Part shown: piece by piece, positions 45,624 through 55,891 of the stretch
Layout of the letters: each line of letters starts with the position of its first letter
How positions within the stretch are numbered: the first letter of the stretch is position 1
NCBI GenBank assembly: GCA_964578155.1
Contig: CAZOBQ010000001.1
Span: 66,670-130,669, forward strand
Direction: 5' to 3'
Length of the DNA stretch: 64,000 nt
From: an uncultured Lentisphaeria bacterium
GTDB lineage: Bacteria; Fidelibacterota; UBA8477; JABMPR01
Program-made: the position numbers and the translations under genes
The notes under the pieces: model-generated
The model's database searches: none
What the model saw: only the letters and a program-made list of their open reading frames with translations
Told to the model about the DNA's origin: nothing

Positions 45624-46802
45624 CTATGCAACAGTATGGTCGATGGATTTCTGCAGTTTTGGATCGCTCGTGGGAATAATTGGAGCGCCACCCATCTTCT
45701 TAAACAAGAAGCCCAGATAAATACCTCCGATTCCCAAGACAGCCGTTATGTGCATCCAGGAGATGTGAAAGTGGTGATCATTAAAAACGGGGTTGACCAA
45801 CCAGAAATGATCTACATAATGCATGGTAAGAAACAAGCCTGCCATGCCAAAAATCATAATGGGAATTCGTTTTGCGGCCCTGAATGAGAGAACAACAAAA
45901 GGCACAATAAAATGAAAGAGCATGAGAAATAAGCTGACTTCTTTCCAGCCGTGCTCCCAGCGGTGGAGAAACCATATGGTCTCTTCAGGGATATTGCCAT
46001 ACCAAATCAGGAAGTATTGTGCACCGCCGATGTAACCCCACCAGGCGGTGAAGGCGAAAAGAAACTTTCCAAAGTCATGAGTGTGCTCTGCTGTAATAAT
46101 GTGACCAGCACCATTGTTGCGTAAATAGCCTGCCAGGATCGAGAGTAGAGCTAGGCCACCCAGAAAACCGCCGGAGAATATATAAACACCAAAGATGGTA
46201 GAATACCAATGGGGATCAAGACTCATAAGCCAATCAAAGGCAAACAGGGTTACTGTGATAGCATATAGAGGTGTACCTCCTGCGGCCATTCGACGCATCT
46301 TACCAAGAGCTTCTGTATCTCCCTTGTCTTGGGCGATGGATAGTTTACGTAAACCACGAACCAGCCAACCCCAGATTAAAAAGTAAACAATATTACGAAC
46401 GATAAAGAAGGTCACGTTGAGATAGGGTGCTTTCCATTGTAAGATGGCATCGTGGGCAACAGCCTCTTCGTGCGACCAGTGAAACAGGTCATGCATCCCA
46501 AAGAAAAGTGGAATCATGAAAAAGCCCATTAAGGGAAGCGTGCAGGCCAGGTTCTCGGCAACACGACGCATTACGATTCCCCAGTACGCGCCCGTAATGT
46601 GATGGATCAAAACAAAGAAAAGTCCACCCAGTGAAATGGTGGTGAAAAAAGTAAAGGCGGTGAGATACGCCTGGAAAAATTGTGCGTGATCCATGAAGGC
46701 ACCAATGAGCGACAGGAGAATTCCAGCGGCTCCTGCCATCAAGGCTTTCTTGGCAAAAGAATCGGTCTCTAATAACATGTAAGTCTTATTATCAAATTTC
46801 AT
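45624..46802 (-). CDS. actF: Alternative complex III subunit ActF (NrfD-like membrane subunit)
   Basis: 392-aa polytopic protein in the last position of the act operon. Confidence 0.75.
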   Translation of the reverse strand: MKFDNKTYMLLETDSFAKKALMAGAAGILLSLIGAFMDHAQFFQAYLTAFTFFTTISLGGLFFVLIHHITGAYWGIVMRRVAENLACTLPLMGFFMIPLFFGMHDLFHWSHEEAVAHDAILQWKAPYLNVTFFIVRNIVYFLIWGWLVRGLRKLSIAQDKGDTEALGKMRRMAAGGTPLYAITVTLFAFDWLMSLDPHWYSTIFGVYIFSGGFLGGLALLSILAGYLRNNGAGHIITAEHTHDFGKFLFAFTAWWGYIGGAQYFLIWYGNIPEETIWFLHRWEHGWKEVSLFLMLFHFIVPFVVLSFRAAKRIPIMIFGMAGLFLTMHYVDHFWLVNPVFNDHHFHISWMHITAVLGIGGIYLGFLFKKMGGAPIIPTSDPKLQKSIDHTVA

Positions 46803-46817
46803 AATCTACTCGAAACC

Positions 46818-47390
46818 TTATTTCTTTTGGATTGATCGAATATAGCTGATAATCGCCCATCGATCTTCCACGGATACTTGTGCCTTTAAAGAAGGCATAT
46901 TCATCCAGCCTTCACTTATAGCGTTAAACATGTGTCCATCACTCAAGCCTACAATTCTGTCTGCATGAAAATCTGCTGGAGGAATAGGATATTTGAACTC
47001 AAGGATCTTACCTTTTCCGTCAGCATTCACACCGTGACAGGTAACACAGTAAATATCGTATCTTGTTTTTCCATATTCAGCCATTTCGTCAGTGAAATCC
47101 ATGGGTGCTTTATTGATAAAATCGCCCCTGCTGTCCTTACCGCGATAATAGGCATCATCCTCGCGCAATTCTCCACGGGCCACAGTTCCCACTACGGGCG
47201 TCCGCATGCTGGATCCATCTGCAAAAAAGTTGCTCTCGGATTGAGCTTTATACTTTTCCTGTGAATCCATGTTTGGGTTTAGATGAATAGGTGGTTTTTC
47301 AGAAAACTCACCTCGACCACAGGAGACGATTAAAATTACAAGGCTGAGCACCAAGATGACTTTTGTAAGGGATTGTGTTTTTTTCATCAT
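46818..47390 (-). CDS. actE: Alternative complex III subunit ActE (monoheme cytochrome c lipoprotein)
   Basis: Lipobox LIVSC and a single CVTCHG heme motif with a distal Met (WMNMPS). The start is MMKKTQ (47390 or 47387), just after the actD stop and an AGGAG. Confidence 0.8.
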   Translation of the reverse strand: MMKKTQSLTKVILVLSLVILIVSCGRGEFSEKPPIHLNPNMDSQEKYKAQSESNFFADGSSMRTPVVGTVARGELREDDAYYRGKDSRGDFINKAPMDFTDEMAEYGKTRYDIYCVTCHGVNADGKGKILEFKYPIPPADFHADRIVGLSDGHMFNAISEGWMNMPSLKAQVSVEDRWAIISYIRSIQKK

Positions 47391-47397
47391 CAACTCC

Positions 47398-47931
47398 TTA
47401 CTCGCCAGCCACAAGTTCAACATCTGATCCTCCAATGGAGGCCAGGAACTCTTGGGTTCGCTTTTCGTCAAACTTACTATCCTCAACTTCAATGCTCACA
47501 AAAAAGGCATCATCTGTGACTTTAGAAAACTGTTCAGAATAAAATAATGGATGATGTAGTCTTGGCAGGCGATTCAAGTGGAGCATGCCAAAGACGGATC
47601 CAAAAGCGCCAAACAGGACAAACAGGGCAAAAGTAACAATAAAAAATGCCTGCCAACTGAAAAAAGGTTTTCCAGAAATGACAAGGGGGTATTCAATCGC
47701 CGCGACCCAATATTGAAGCGACATTCCGGCAATAGCCCCGGTCACTGTCATCCCTCCAACAATATATCCTAGGGGTGAGCGCTTTAAGCCCATGGCATCA
47801 TCCATCCCGTGAATGGGGAAGGGTGAGTGACAGTCGAATTTTTCATAACCCGCATCGCGGACTTTTTTTGCTGCCTCAATCAGTTCAGCAGGATTTGCGA
47901 AACGAGCGAGAACGCCTTGAGTTTTACTCAT
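47398..47931 (-). CDS. actD: Alternative complex III subunit ActD (DUF3341)
   Basis: 177 aa with a soluble N-domain plus 2 TM helices. Operon position fits, and there is a 4-nt overlap with actC. Confidence 0.75.
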   Translation of the reverse strand: MSKTQGVLARFANPAELIEAAKKVRDAGYEKFDCHSPFPIHGMDDAMGLKRSPLGYIVGGMTVTGAIAGMSLQYWVAAIEYPLVISGKPFFSWQAFFIVTFALFVLFGAFGSVFGMLHLNRLPRLHHPLFYSEQFSKVTDDAFFVSIEVEDSKFDEKRTQEFLASIGGSDVELVAGE

Positions 47932-49346
47932 TTTGCACCTCCGTTCTTGTGCGAGTAGTTGTGTGGGTCGGCCTCAGGCATGACACCCTTGACTTCAGAG
48001 AGAGCCACCATGGGTAGAAATCTCAAAAACAGAAGGAAAAAGGTAAAGAAAAGACCAAAACTACCAACAAAGGTCAGCATGTCCCATATGGAAGGGGAGT
48101 AATAATCCCAAGAGGATGGCAAATAGTCTCGTGATAATGATGTTACGGTGATCACAAATCGTTCAAACCACATTCCTATGTTCACAAAAATAGATGCGAC
48201 AAACATGACCGGGATACTACGTCTTATTTTTTTAAACCAGAAGATCTGCGGTGTGATCACATTACACAAAAACATGATCCAGTAGGCCCAGGCATAAGGA
48301 CCAAGCGCCCTGTTGATAAATGCAAAGAATTCGAATTCGTTGCCTGAATACCAGGCGATAAAGAACTCTGTCATGTAGGCATAGCCAACCATTGAGCCTG
48401 TTACCAAAATGATCTTATTCATTTTTTCCAGGTGATTGACTGTGATAATATCTTCTAAACCATAAATCTTACGGGCAATAATAGCCAGTGTCATTACCAT
48501 ACCAAAACCGGAGAAAACTGCACCGGCAACAAAGTAGGGTGGGAAAATTGTGGTGTGCCATCCAGGTACCATGCTTGTTGCAAAGTCTGTTGCTACAACT
48601 GAGTGTACTGAAAGAACCAGAGGTGTGGCTAGACCAGCAAGCAAAAGATAAGCTTTTTCATAGTGCTGCCATTGACGATTGCCGCCTCTCCAGCCCATTG
48701 CAAAAAAACCTAAAACTTTTTTTCTTACGTTGGTTGCTCGATCTCTAAGGGTTGCAAGGTCAGGTATTAAACCGACATACCAGAACAAGGTGGAAACAGT
48801 AAAGTAGGTCCCAACGGCAAAAATATCCCAAAGTAGGGGGCTTCTAAAGTTGGGCCAGATCAACATCTGGTTGGGAATTGGAAACATGTAATACGCCAGC
48901 CAGATTCTTCCAACGTGAATTCCCGGAAAAACCAAGGCTGTGATTACAGCAAAAATAGTCATGGCTTCAGCGAAGCGGTTAATGGCTGTTCTCCATTGCT
49001 GTCGCAAGAGAAACAAAATAGCTGAGATCAAGGTACCCGCATGACCAATACCGACCCAGAATACAAAGTTCACAATGGCCCAACCCCAACCAACAGGATT
49101 GTTTAGACCCCAAACTCCAGTTCCTTCCCAAACCAACCAGCCAATAGAGCCCAGCAAGACCATCATGCCTGAAACAGCCATGGCAAATAACAGATACCAT
49201 TGAGATGGTGTTTTCTTTTCAACGATCCCGCTAACTTTGTCAGTCAAGGTTGAAAAGGTATGACCGCCGGTTACCAGTAATTCATCACCACCGACAGCCT
49301 CGGCTGCACCGGGATCTCTTTTAAGATTTTTGTTTAACATGCTCAC
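47928..49346 (-). CDS. actC: Alternative complex III subunit ActC (NrfD/PsrC-like quinol-interacting membrane subunit)
   Basis: 472-aa polytopic protein of NrfD-family character, directly after actB. Confidence 0.85.
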   Translation of the reverse strand: MSMLNKNLKRDPGAAEAVGGDELLVTGGHTFSTLTDKVSGIVEKKTPSQWYLLFAMAVSGMMVLLGSIGWLVWEGTGVWGLNNPVGWGWAIVNFVFWVGIGHAGTLISAILFLLRQQWRTAINRFAEAMTIFAVITALVFPGIHVGRIWLAYYMFPIPNQMLIWPNFRSPLLWDIFAVGTYFTVSTLFWYVGLIPDLATLRDRATNVRKKVLGFFAMGWRGGNRQWQHYEKAYLLLAGLATPLVLSVHSVVATDFATSMVPGWHTTIFPPYFVAGAVFSGFGMVMTLAIIARKIYGLEDIITVNHLEKMNKIILVTGSMVGYAYMTEFFIAWYSGNEFEFFAFINRALGPYAWAYWIMFLCNVITPQIFWFKKIRRSIPVMFVASIFVNIGMWFERFVITVTSLSRDYLPSSWDYYSPSIWDMLTFVGSFGLFFTFFLLFLRFLPMVALSEVKGVMPEADPHNYSHKNGGAK

Positions 49347-49380
49347 GTTAGCGTTCCATTTAATTTCAAGGGTTCAATCA

Positions 49381-52377
49381 CTAAGCTGGGGTTTCAAGCG
49401 CTGGATTAGGATTCCGTAGCTTGGCGCCATAACTCGTTCGTGGTTGTAAGTTCAATTCACCCAGCAAGGCATAATCGCGGTTCTGCGCTTTAACCTTTGA
49501 GACCTCACTATTCGGGTCGTTGATGTTTCCAAAGGCAATTGCATCGGTGGGACAGGCTTGTTGACAAGCAACAACCACATCACCATCTTCCAGCTCACGA
49601 CCTTCATTCTTAACATCGATCTTAGCAACATTGATACGCTGGACACAAAAAGTACATTTCTCCATAACTCCGCGGAAGCGAACCGTAACATCAGGGTTCA
49701 TCGCCATTTGTACGATCTCGGGCGTATCCTTGGTGAAATTGAAGAAGTTGAAGCGACGAACTTTATAAGGACAGTTGTTGGCACAATAACGTGTCCCAAT
49801 ACATCTATTATAAGCCATCTCATTGAGGCCGTCTTCGCTATGTGTGGTTGCTGCCACAGGACAAACACCCTCACATGGAGCCATTTCACAATGCTGACAA
49901 GCGATGGGCTGAAACAACATTTCCGGATCATCAACATCGCCACTAAAATAGCGATCTAGACGGATCCAGCTCATGTCGCGGCCGTTATTCACTTCTTCTT
50001 TGCCAATAACGGGAATGTTGTTTTCACTCTGACAGGCAATTGTACAGGCGCTACAGCCGGTACATGTATTCAAGTCAATAGCCATGCCCCATTGATTTCC
50101 ATCGCTATAGTCATGCTCAACCCACATGGATCTGAGCTCTTCTTTTTCGGCAAAAGCCATTGCAAAGGCAGGATCTTTTTGATAATCCGCCATAGTGCTT
50201 TCACGTACAATAGTTGGCAGCCTATTTTGAATCGCATCAGCTGCGAGTTTTTCTTCATCAAGACCATGATTGTCCTGAACACAGGCAATGGCGTGATGTC
50301 CAATAGTTCTGGCGGCTGTGAATCCAGAAGCAATTGACATGGCATCTGATTTCCGGAACACATTTACATCAGTTCCAACACCGTGGGAAACACGTCCAAT
50401 ATTTCTACCATAGCCCAGCTCTAGAACAATGGTGTTCTCGGCAATTCCAGGTAGAACCCAAACAGGAAGAACCAAAGTGGTGTCGCCCTGATGAATTTTT
50501 AATAATTGTTCATTTTTTACTTTTAAGGCTTTGGCTGTTCCGACACTGAGCAGAGCAACATTATCCCATGTCACCTTTGTGATGGGGTCTGGAAGTTCTT
50601 GCATCCAACCATTATTGGCATAACGCCCATCCAGATTTCTAAAGGAGGCATTAAAGACAACCTCCATGTTCGAACTTGATGCAACAGGAACGTCAAAACT
50701 ACTCTCATTGACAAGCTTTTGGGCTTTAGCTTTTTTAAGTGAAACCGTTTTCTCGCGACTGACTTCATAAAAACCATCATGTACAACCCGGCGCCATCCT
50801 TTTTCAAAATCATTGCCGTTTAAAATTTTCTGCCAGGTGTCGCGGACTGCACCATAAGCCCATGCATCATCTTCAGAAGCCATATCAGCCATGAGATCGA
50901 TTGAGCTTTTACCATCAAAAAGTGGCGCAATCAATGGCTGTGTTATTCCTGCGCCACCGTAGCCTGAGACATCTCCCCAGCTCTCAAGAAAATGAGCGCG
51001 TGGCAAATGCCAACTCGAGAGAGATGAAGTTTCATCAACATGTGAACTTAAATGTACAGAATAGGCAACCTGCTTCATCGCTGAAGCAAACCCGAGATCT
51101 GAAGGCGCCTGATAGACTGGGTTTCCACCCAAAATCACCAGGGTTTCAACCTTGCCTTGTTTCATGCTCTTCGTCAGCGATACAAGTGCGTCTGTGTCAG
51201 ATACTTTTCTATCTGGATTAACAATATATTCAACTGTTTTTCCGGTATTGCTCAAAACATCATTGATCAGCGCTGTCAGTGTGTGGACATGAGCCGGTTG
51301 ACGTCTTCCAGCCAAAACCAAAGACTGCCCTTTGTTGGCAATAAGATCTGCAGCAACTGCTTTGATCCATTTTTTGTCAAAGCTTGCATTTACCTCTGGA
51401 GCCTGGATGTTTAATCCTTGAGCGCCAAGTTCTGTTGCCAGAGCAGCGACGAACATAGCTACCTGACCACTTTGTATGCGGAGACGATGATCAGCCATAC
51501 CGCCGGTAAGACTATATGCTCCCTCGACGACATAAAGACGATTCATGCTATCTTCTTCAGAACGAACCCTTCTACCTGTTGCGAAATCCCTGGAGTGCTC
51601 AATATCATTACTCTCCATTTGTAGAAAATCAGAGTCTAGTGATAAAATGACCTTCGCATCGTTTAATCTGTATTTCGGGGCAGCCATAGAACCTGTGGCG
51701 TTGTTCAGGCCTTGATAAATATTCTCATCACTTACGCTATCATAAGCAACCCATTGAGCTTTAGGGTATTTCTTTAAAAACTCCTTAGATAAACGCATAA
51801 GGGTTGGCGAGGAGAAGCTCTCACAGAGGACAGCAAGTCCTTCACCACTATTATCTAAATATTTTTCGGCTTCCTTTTTCCAGGAAGCTTTATACGCGTT
51901 CCAGCTAGACTGACTTCCATTTCTAAGGACAACCTGGGATCGATCTGGGTCATAAAGGTTGAGCATCTCAGCCTGCATGAATACGTTGGACGATCCTTTT
52001 GTGGCAGGATGATTTTTATTTCCCTCAATTTTTGTGGGACGACCCTCATGACTCTCAACCAAAAGGCCAAAAGACTCTACACCAAAAGGCATATTGGTTG
52101 CGTAGTATTGAGGTTTTCCTGGAGTAATTTCTTCTGGTTTAATTACATAAGGAATGATTTTTTCAACGGGTCGACGGCAGCTGGTTAGTCCTGCAAGGGC
52201 CATAGAAGCTCCCATTAGGCTTAAAAATTTCCTTCGGGAAACCGGACTGCTTAATTCGTCAGCACCCTCTGGAAATTCTTTCTGTACCAACTCTTTGAAT
52301 TCTGGTGTTTCAGCGAGATGGTCCAGACTTCTCCAGTATGCTTTTCCCTTTATGTTGTTATCTATAGTATTGCTCAT
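49381..52377 (-). CDS. actB: Alternative complex III subunit ActB (fused molybdopterin-oxidoreductase-like B1 + Fe-S B2)
   Basis: Tat signal SRRKFLSLMGASMALAG. Fe-S motifs CTGCSACTIAC, CQHCEMAPCEGVCP, CIGTRYCANNCP and CTFCVQR...ACQQACP. Confidence 0.9.
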   Translation of the reverse strand: MSNTIDNNIKGKAYWRSLDHLAETPEFKELVQKEFPEGADELSSPVSRRKFLSLMGASMALAGLTSCRRPVEKIIPYVIKPEEITPGKPQYYATNMPFGVESFGLLVESHEGRPTKIEGNKNHPATKGSSNVFMQAEMLNLYDPDRSQVVLRNGSQSSWNAYKASWKKEAEKYLDNSGEGLAVLCESFSSPTLMRLSKEFLKKYPKAQWVAYDSVSDENIYQGLNNATGSMAAPKYRLNDAKVILSLDSDFLQMESNDIEHSRDFATGRRVRSEEDSMNRLYVVEGAYSLTGGMADHRLRIQSGQVAMFVAALATELGAQGLNIQAPEVNASFDKKWIKAVAADLIANKGQSLVLAGRRQPAHVHTLTALINDVLSNTGKTVEYIVNPDRKVSDTDALVSLTKSMKQGKVETLVILGGNPVYQAPSDLGFASAMKQVAYSVHLSSHVDETSSLSSWHLPRAHFLESWGDVSGYGGAGITQPLIAPLFDGKSSIDLMADMASEDDAWAYGAVRDTWQKILNGNDFEKGWRRVVHDGFYEVSREKTVSLKKAKAQKLVNESSFDVPVASSSNMEVVFNASFRNLDGRYANNGWMQELPDPITKVTWDNVALLSVGTAKALKVKNEQLLKIHQGDTTLVLPVWVLPGIAENTIVLELGYGRNIGRVSHGVGTDVNVFRKSDAMSIASGFTAARTIGHHAIACVQDNHGLDEEKLAADAIQNRLPTIVRESTMADYQKDPAFAMAFAEKEELRSMWVEHDYSDGNQWGMAIDLNTCTGCSACTIACQSENNIPVIGKEEVNNGRDMSWIRLDRYFSGDVDDPEMLFQPIACQHCEMAPCEGVCPVAATTHSEDGLNEMAYNRCIGTRYCANNCPYKVRRFNFFNFTKDTPEIVQMAMNPDVTVRFRGVMEKCTFCVQRINVAKIDVKNEGRELEDGDVVVACQQACPTDAIAFGNINDPNSEVSKVKAQNRDYALLGELNLQPRTSYGAKLRNPNPALETPA

Positions 52378-53024
52378 CTATGACATCCTGTACAATCAGT
52401 AATCGGGGCTTTGATATCGAATAGCTCTTTCTGTTTTGTGGCAAACTCTCGTTGATTGGCGGGGGCAGACCAGGTCATGTTGGTTACCTCTTTGAGGGGC
52501 CGTAAATGTAGATCTGGATCGCGGTGACAGTCAAGGCACCACCCCATGCTTAATGGCTGGTCTTGGGTAACGACCTCCATTTGATCAACTGAGCCATGAC
52601 AGCTTGCACACCCAACACCTACATTGATATGGGCGCTATGGTCGAAATATACATAATCCGGAGATTTGTGAACTCTGACCCATTCTATGGGTGTTTCGTT
52701 CGCGATACTTTCACGAACCAGTTTCAGTTTGTCGCTATCCGGTTTGATCATATTGTGGCAAGTCATGCAGGTCTGTGTTGGCGGTAAACTGGCCACAGGA
52801 GATATCTCTACTCCTGTATGGCAAAAGCGACAGTCCAGGCCAAGGTCTCCGGCGTGAATCTTATGACTATATGGAACGGGTTGAATGGGGCGATAACCAA
52901 CATCCGTGTACATAGGGGAGGCGTAATAGTCAATCAGCATAAAGCTAACTACGGAAATCAAAATAATGCCTATTAGCACATATGTTGGTGCTTTATTCGT
53001 CCATTTGGGGAATATCTGAGCCAA
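52374..53024 (-). CDS. actA: Alternative complex III subunit ActA (pentaheme cytochrome c)
   Basis: N-terminal TM anchor and five CxxCH motifs (CRFCH, CMTCH, CASCH, CLDCH, CTGCH). ATGA overlap with actB. Confidence 0.85.
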   Translation of the reverse strand: MAQIFPKWTNKAPTYVLIGIILISVVSFMLIDYYASPMYTDVGYRPIQPVPYSHKIHAGDLGLDCRFCHTGVEISPVASLPPTQTCMTCHNMIKPDSDKLKLVRESIANETPIEWVRVHKSPDYVYFDHSAHINVGVGCASCHGSVDQMEVVTQDQPLSMGWCLDCHRDPDLHLRPLKEVTNMTWSAPANQREFATKQKELFDIKAPITDCTGCHR

Positions 53025-53243
53025 GATTTATCCCTTTTTTTTGGGTGTTACATGTTTTTGTTTTTATGTGGGTTTTCTACGTTTTTGGTCACTGCAACTG
53101 CAGTTATTACCCCCACGTTTTTTACACCAAACATGATACATTTTATCCAAAACCATGACAAGCAGTTTATCCTGCCTGAAACACAAAATAATGCCTAGAA
53201 AGCTGTTATTGACAAATGTTTCTCTGTTTAGGCAAGGCGCCTC

Positions 53244-53656
53244 TTAAAGGCTGTTGTCGGCGTAATACCCCATAGCTTCAGCCATAAATACAGCCTGGCC
53301 TGGCTTGATCTTTTCGTAATAATCAGTGAACTCAGGATTTTGGATATGGAGCTGCCCAAGCCCACTATACATTTCTGCCGGGCAGGTATAGAAGTTCTCA
53401 ATCCAGAGATGGTGTTCCTTTATCCAGTCTTGAACCTCTGATGCTTGTACGCCCTAATTCATCAGTTCAGAAATTACCCGCGTGACATCATCGCCTTTTT
53501 TTTGACATCCTGGAATTTATCTTTGCTCATGTTCTTCAGGTTGCGTCTGGATTTGGAAACCTTCTCACGGTCATATTTTTCATCGATTTCTTTATTCCAG
53601 CGATCGATCATTTCTTGGTCAAACCCTTTATACAAACCTTTGTCTTTGAGTGCCAT
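53244..53656 (-). pseudogene. TipAS-like (antibiotic-recognition domain) gene remnant with a frameshift and a TAG
   Basis: The 60-aa ORF (MALKDKGLYKGFDQEMIDRWNKE...) continues only after a 1-nt frame change at the A8 run (53496..53503): ...KKGDDVTRVISELMN-TAG(53456..53454)-GVQASEVQDWIKEHHLWIENFY...YSGLGQLH..NPEFTDYYEK..PGQAVFMAEAMGYYA. Confidence 0.5.
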
Positions 53657-53683
53657 ATTATGCCCCCCCTGTTCTATCTCGAA

Positions 53684-53932
53684 TCAAGCTTTTATGCTGG
53701 ATAAATGTGTTTTTATTCCATTAAGCGCGATGAGTGCCCAAAAGAAATTGAGAATAAAGGGGCCGTAAACCGTAAAATAGAAGGTGTTTACACAAATCAA
53801 CGATGCGCCACTCAGGTTTGCCAACTGATAGGCCATGTTGTGTGTGGTCCATTTTTTGGTAGAGTTATTGAAATACGCCAAGAGAAGTAGGGCTGCCCCT
53901 AAAATTCCAACGACCTGCATTAAGATATCCAT
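53684..53932 (-). CDS. Small 3-TM membrane protein
   Basis: MDILMQVVGILGAALLLLAYF...YQLANLSGASL...FFWALIALNG. The start at 53932 avoids overlap with the permease gene. Confidence 0.35.
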   Translation of the reverse strand: MDILMQVVGILGAALLLLAYFNNSTKKWTTHNMAYQLANLSGASLICVNTFYFTVYGPFILNFFWALIALNGIKTHLSSIKA

Positions 53933-53957
53933 GCTTCCCTTTTCCCTTCTTTTCTGA

Positions 53958-54815
53958 CTACTTGGTTTTACTACGCATGGTGGGATCAAGTGCATCACGC
54001 AGGCCTTCACCGAAAAGGTTAAACCCTATCACCATGAGTGCTATTGCTATTCCGGGAAAAACTGAAATCCACCACTCTCCCCTTAAATGAACTCGACCAA
54101 AGGCAATCATTGACCCCCAGCTGGGCTCGGGAGGTTGCGCTCCAAGACCGATAAAAGAAAGTGAGGCCTCTGCCATAACTGCACCGGCAATACTCATAGT
54201 AAAAGCAACCACAACGGGTGCAAGACTGTTTGGTAGTACGTGTCTAAAAATGATTCGTAACTTTGAATATCCCAGGGATCGTGCTGCAATTACATATTCA
54301 CGATCTACCACAGTTAGGACCTGCGAGCGCATGATTCTGGCCATGCCTGGCCAACTCACCAGTCCAATTGCAAGCATGGCTACTTCAATGCTGGGCCGTG
54401 GCACAGCTGCTGTTATGCCAATCATAAACAAGAGGGCGGGGAACCCAAACATTACATCGGTAAATCTCATGATTATGGTTTCAATCCAACCCCTGAAAAA
54501 TCCTGCTATCAATCCCAGGAGAGCGCCAATCATTAGTGATATTGAGCTGGCAATAATGCCAACCTTTAAGGAAATGCGAGCGCCATAAATTATTCTGGAA
54601 AGCACATCTCGTCCTTCTTCATCAGTTCCCAGCCAATATTGGGTAGACGGGGGCTGAAGGCTAATATCCAGATCCGCTTTATAGGGATTATGTGGTGCTA
54701 CAAAGGGAGCGAAAACTCCAGTAAAGACAAGAAGAGCTACCAGAAACAAACCAAAGAGGGCTGTCTTATTTTTGCGAAGCTGTCGCAGAGTTTCTTGGGT
54801 AATACTACCGCGCAT
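53958..54815 (-). CDS. ABC peptide/nickel-type transporter permease (DppC/OppC-like)
   Basis: N-terminal OppC-type helix, then EEGRDVLSRIIYGARISL, and the EAA loop AARSLGYSKLRIIFRHVLPN. Confidence 0.85.
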   Translation of the reverse strand: MRGSITQETLRQLRKNKTALFGLFLVALLVFTGVFAPFVAPHNPYKADLDISLQPPSTQYWLGTDEEGRDVLSRIIYGARISLKVGIIASSISLMIGALLGLIAGFFRGWIETIIMRFTDVMFGFPALLFMIGITAAVPRPSIEVAMLAIGLVSWPGMARIMRSQVLTVVDREYVIAARSLGYSKLRIIFRHVLPNSLAPVVVAFTMSIAGAVMAEASLSFIGLGAQPPEPSWGSMIAFGRVHLRGEWWISVFPGIAIALMVIGFNLFGEGLRDALDPTMRSKTK

Positions 54816-55740
54816 TTGATTCCTTTTGAACTCTTATGCGCGGATCAATAACGCCATATAAGATATCCACAACAAAATTAGCCGTAACAAAAACCAGGGC
54901 TGTTACCAGTACAGCGCCTTGTATTACAGGGAAATCTCGTTTTAATATTGCCGTCAAGGCCAGGCGCCCAATTCCCGGCCAGTTAAAAATGGACTCCGTT
55001 AGAACTGCTCCAGATAAATAAGATCCGAAATCAACACCAATGATGGTGATCACAGGAATGAGTGTGTTTTTTAAAGCGTGCTTGGTCACAACAATAAAAT
55101 TTGACAGGCCCTTTGCCTTGGCTGTACGAACATAATCTTGGGATAGAACCTCTAACATGTTTGCTCGAGTAACTCTGGCTAAAAACGCAGCGCTTCTGGT
55201 TCCCAAAGTAATTGCCGGAAGAATGAGGTAGGGCAGACATCCATACCCTGTTAGATAGGGCCACCCTACATATCGAGCGCCAATAACCAACAACAAACCG
55301 ACCCAAAAGACTGGTGCTGAAACACCAATGAGCGCAAACCCCATGCTGGTTCGATCAATCCACGAGTGAGGTTTTATGGAGGAGATTATCCCAACAGAAA
55401 TTCCAAGCAGAATGGAAACCACCATAGCACCAACAGCAAGCAGCATTGTTGCAGGAAACCGCTCTAAGATCATATCTGTTACCGGTTTTTGTGACACAAA
55501 TGAAACCCCTAGGTCTCCATGAGCCAAACCCCAAAGGTAGTGACCAAATTGTTTCCAAAGAGGATCGTTTAAGTGGAATTGTTCTCTTAATAACTCAAGC
55601 GTCTCCTCGTCATATCGTTCGCCTACCATAGACAAAACCGGATCTCCAGGAACAATGTACATCAAGATGAAGGTTAACAAGATGATCCCGAGAATGACCG
55701 GCACCAACTGTGCAAAGCGTTTGAGTATGTATTGTAGCAT
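54805..55740 (-). CDS. ABC peptide/nickel-type transporter permease (DppB/OppB-like)
   Basis: MLQYILKRFAQLVPVILGI N-terminus and the EAA loop DYVRTAKAKGLSNFIVVTKHALKN. Confidence 0.85.
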   Translation of the reverse strand: MLQYILKRFAQLVPVILGIILLTFILMYIVPGDPVLSMVGERYDEETLELLREQFHLNDPLWKQFGHYLWGLAHGDLGVSFVSQKPVTDMILERFPATMLLAVGAMVVSILLGISVGIISSIKPHSWIDRTSMGFALIGVSAPVFWVGLLLVIGARYVGWPYLTGYGCLPYLILPAITLGTRSAAFLARVTRANMLEVLSQDYVRTAKAKGLSNFIVVTKHALKNTLIPVITIIGVDFGSYLSGAVLTESIFNWPGIGRLALTAILKRDFPVIQGAVLVTALVFVTANFVVDILYGVIDPRIRVQKESNAR

Positions 55741-55891
55741 TGGATTGATATTAATCCTTGGTGAACACTTTTCCACTTAAAGAATGTTGGCCGGCTTAAT
55801 ATCCCAAATTACCCTCATTAAATTTTCTGTATTTTTATAAAAATAGCGTATCTTGTGAGTCTAATGAACTTTTTACAAAAAAGGGGTCCTT

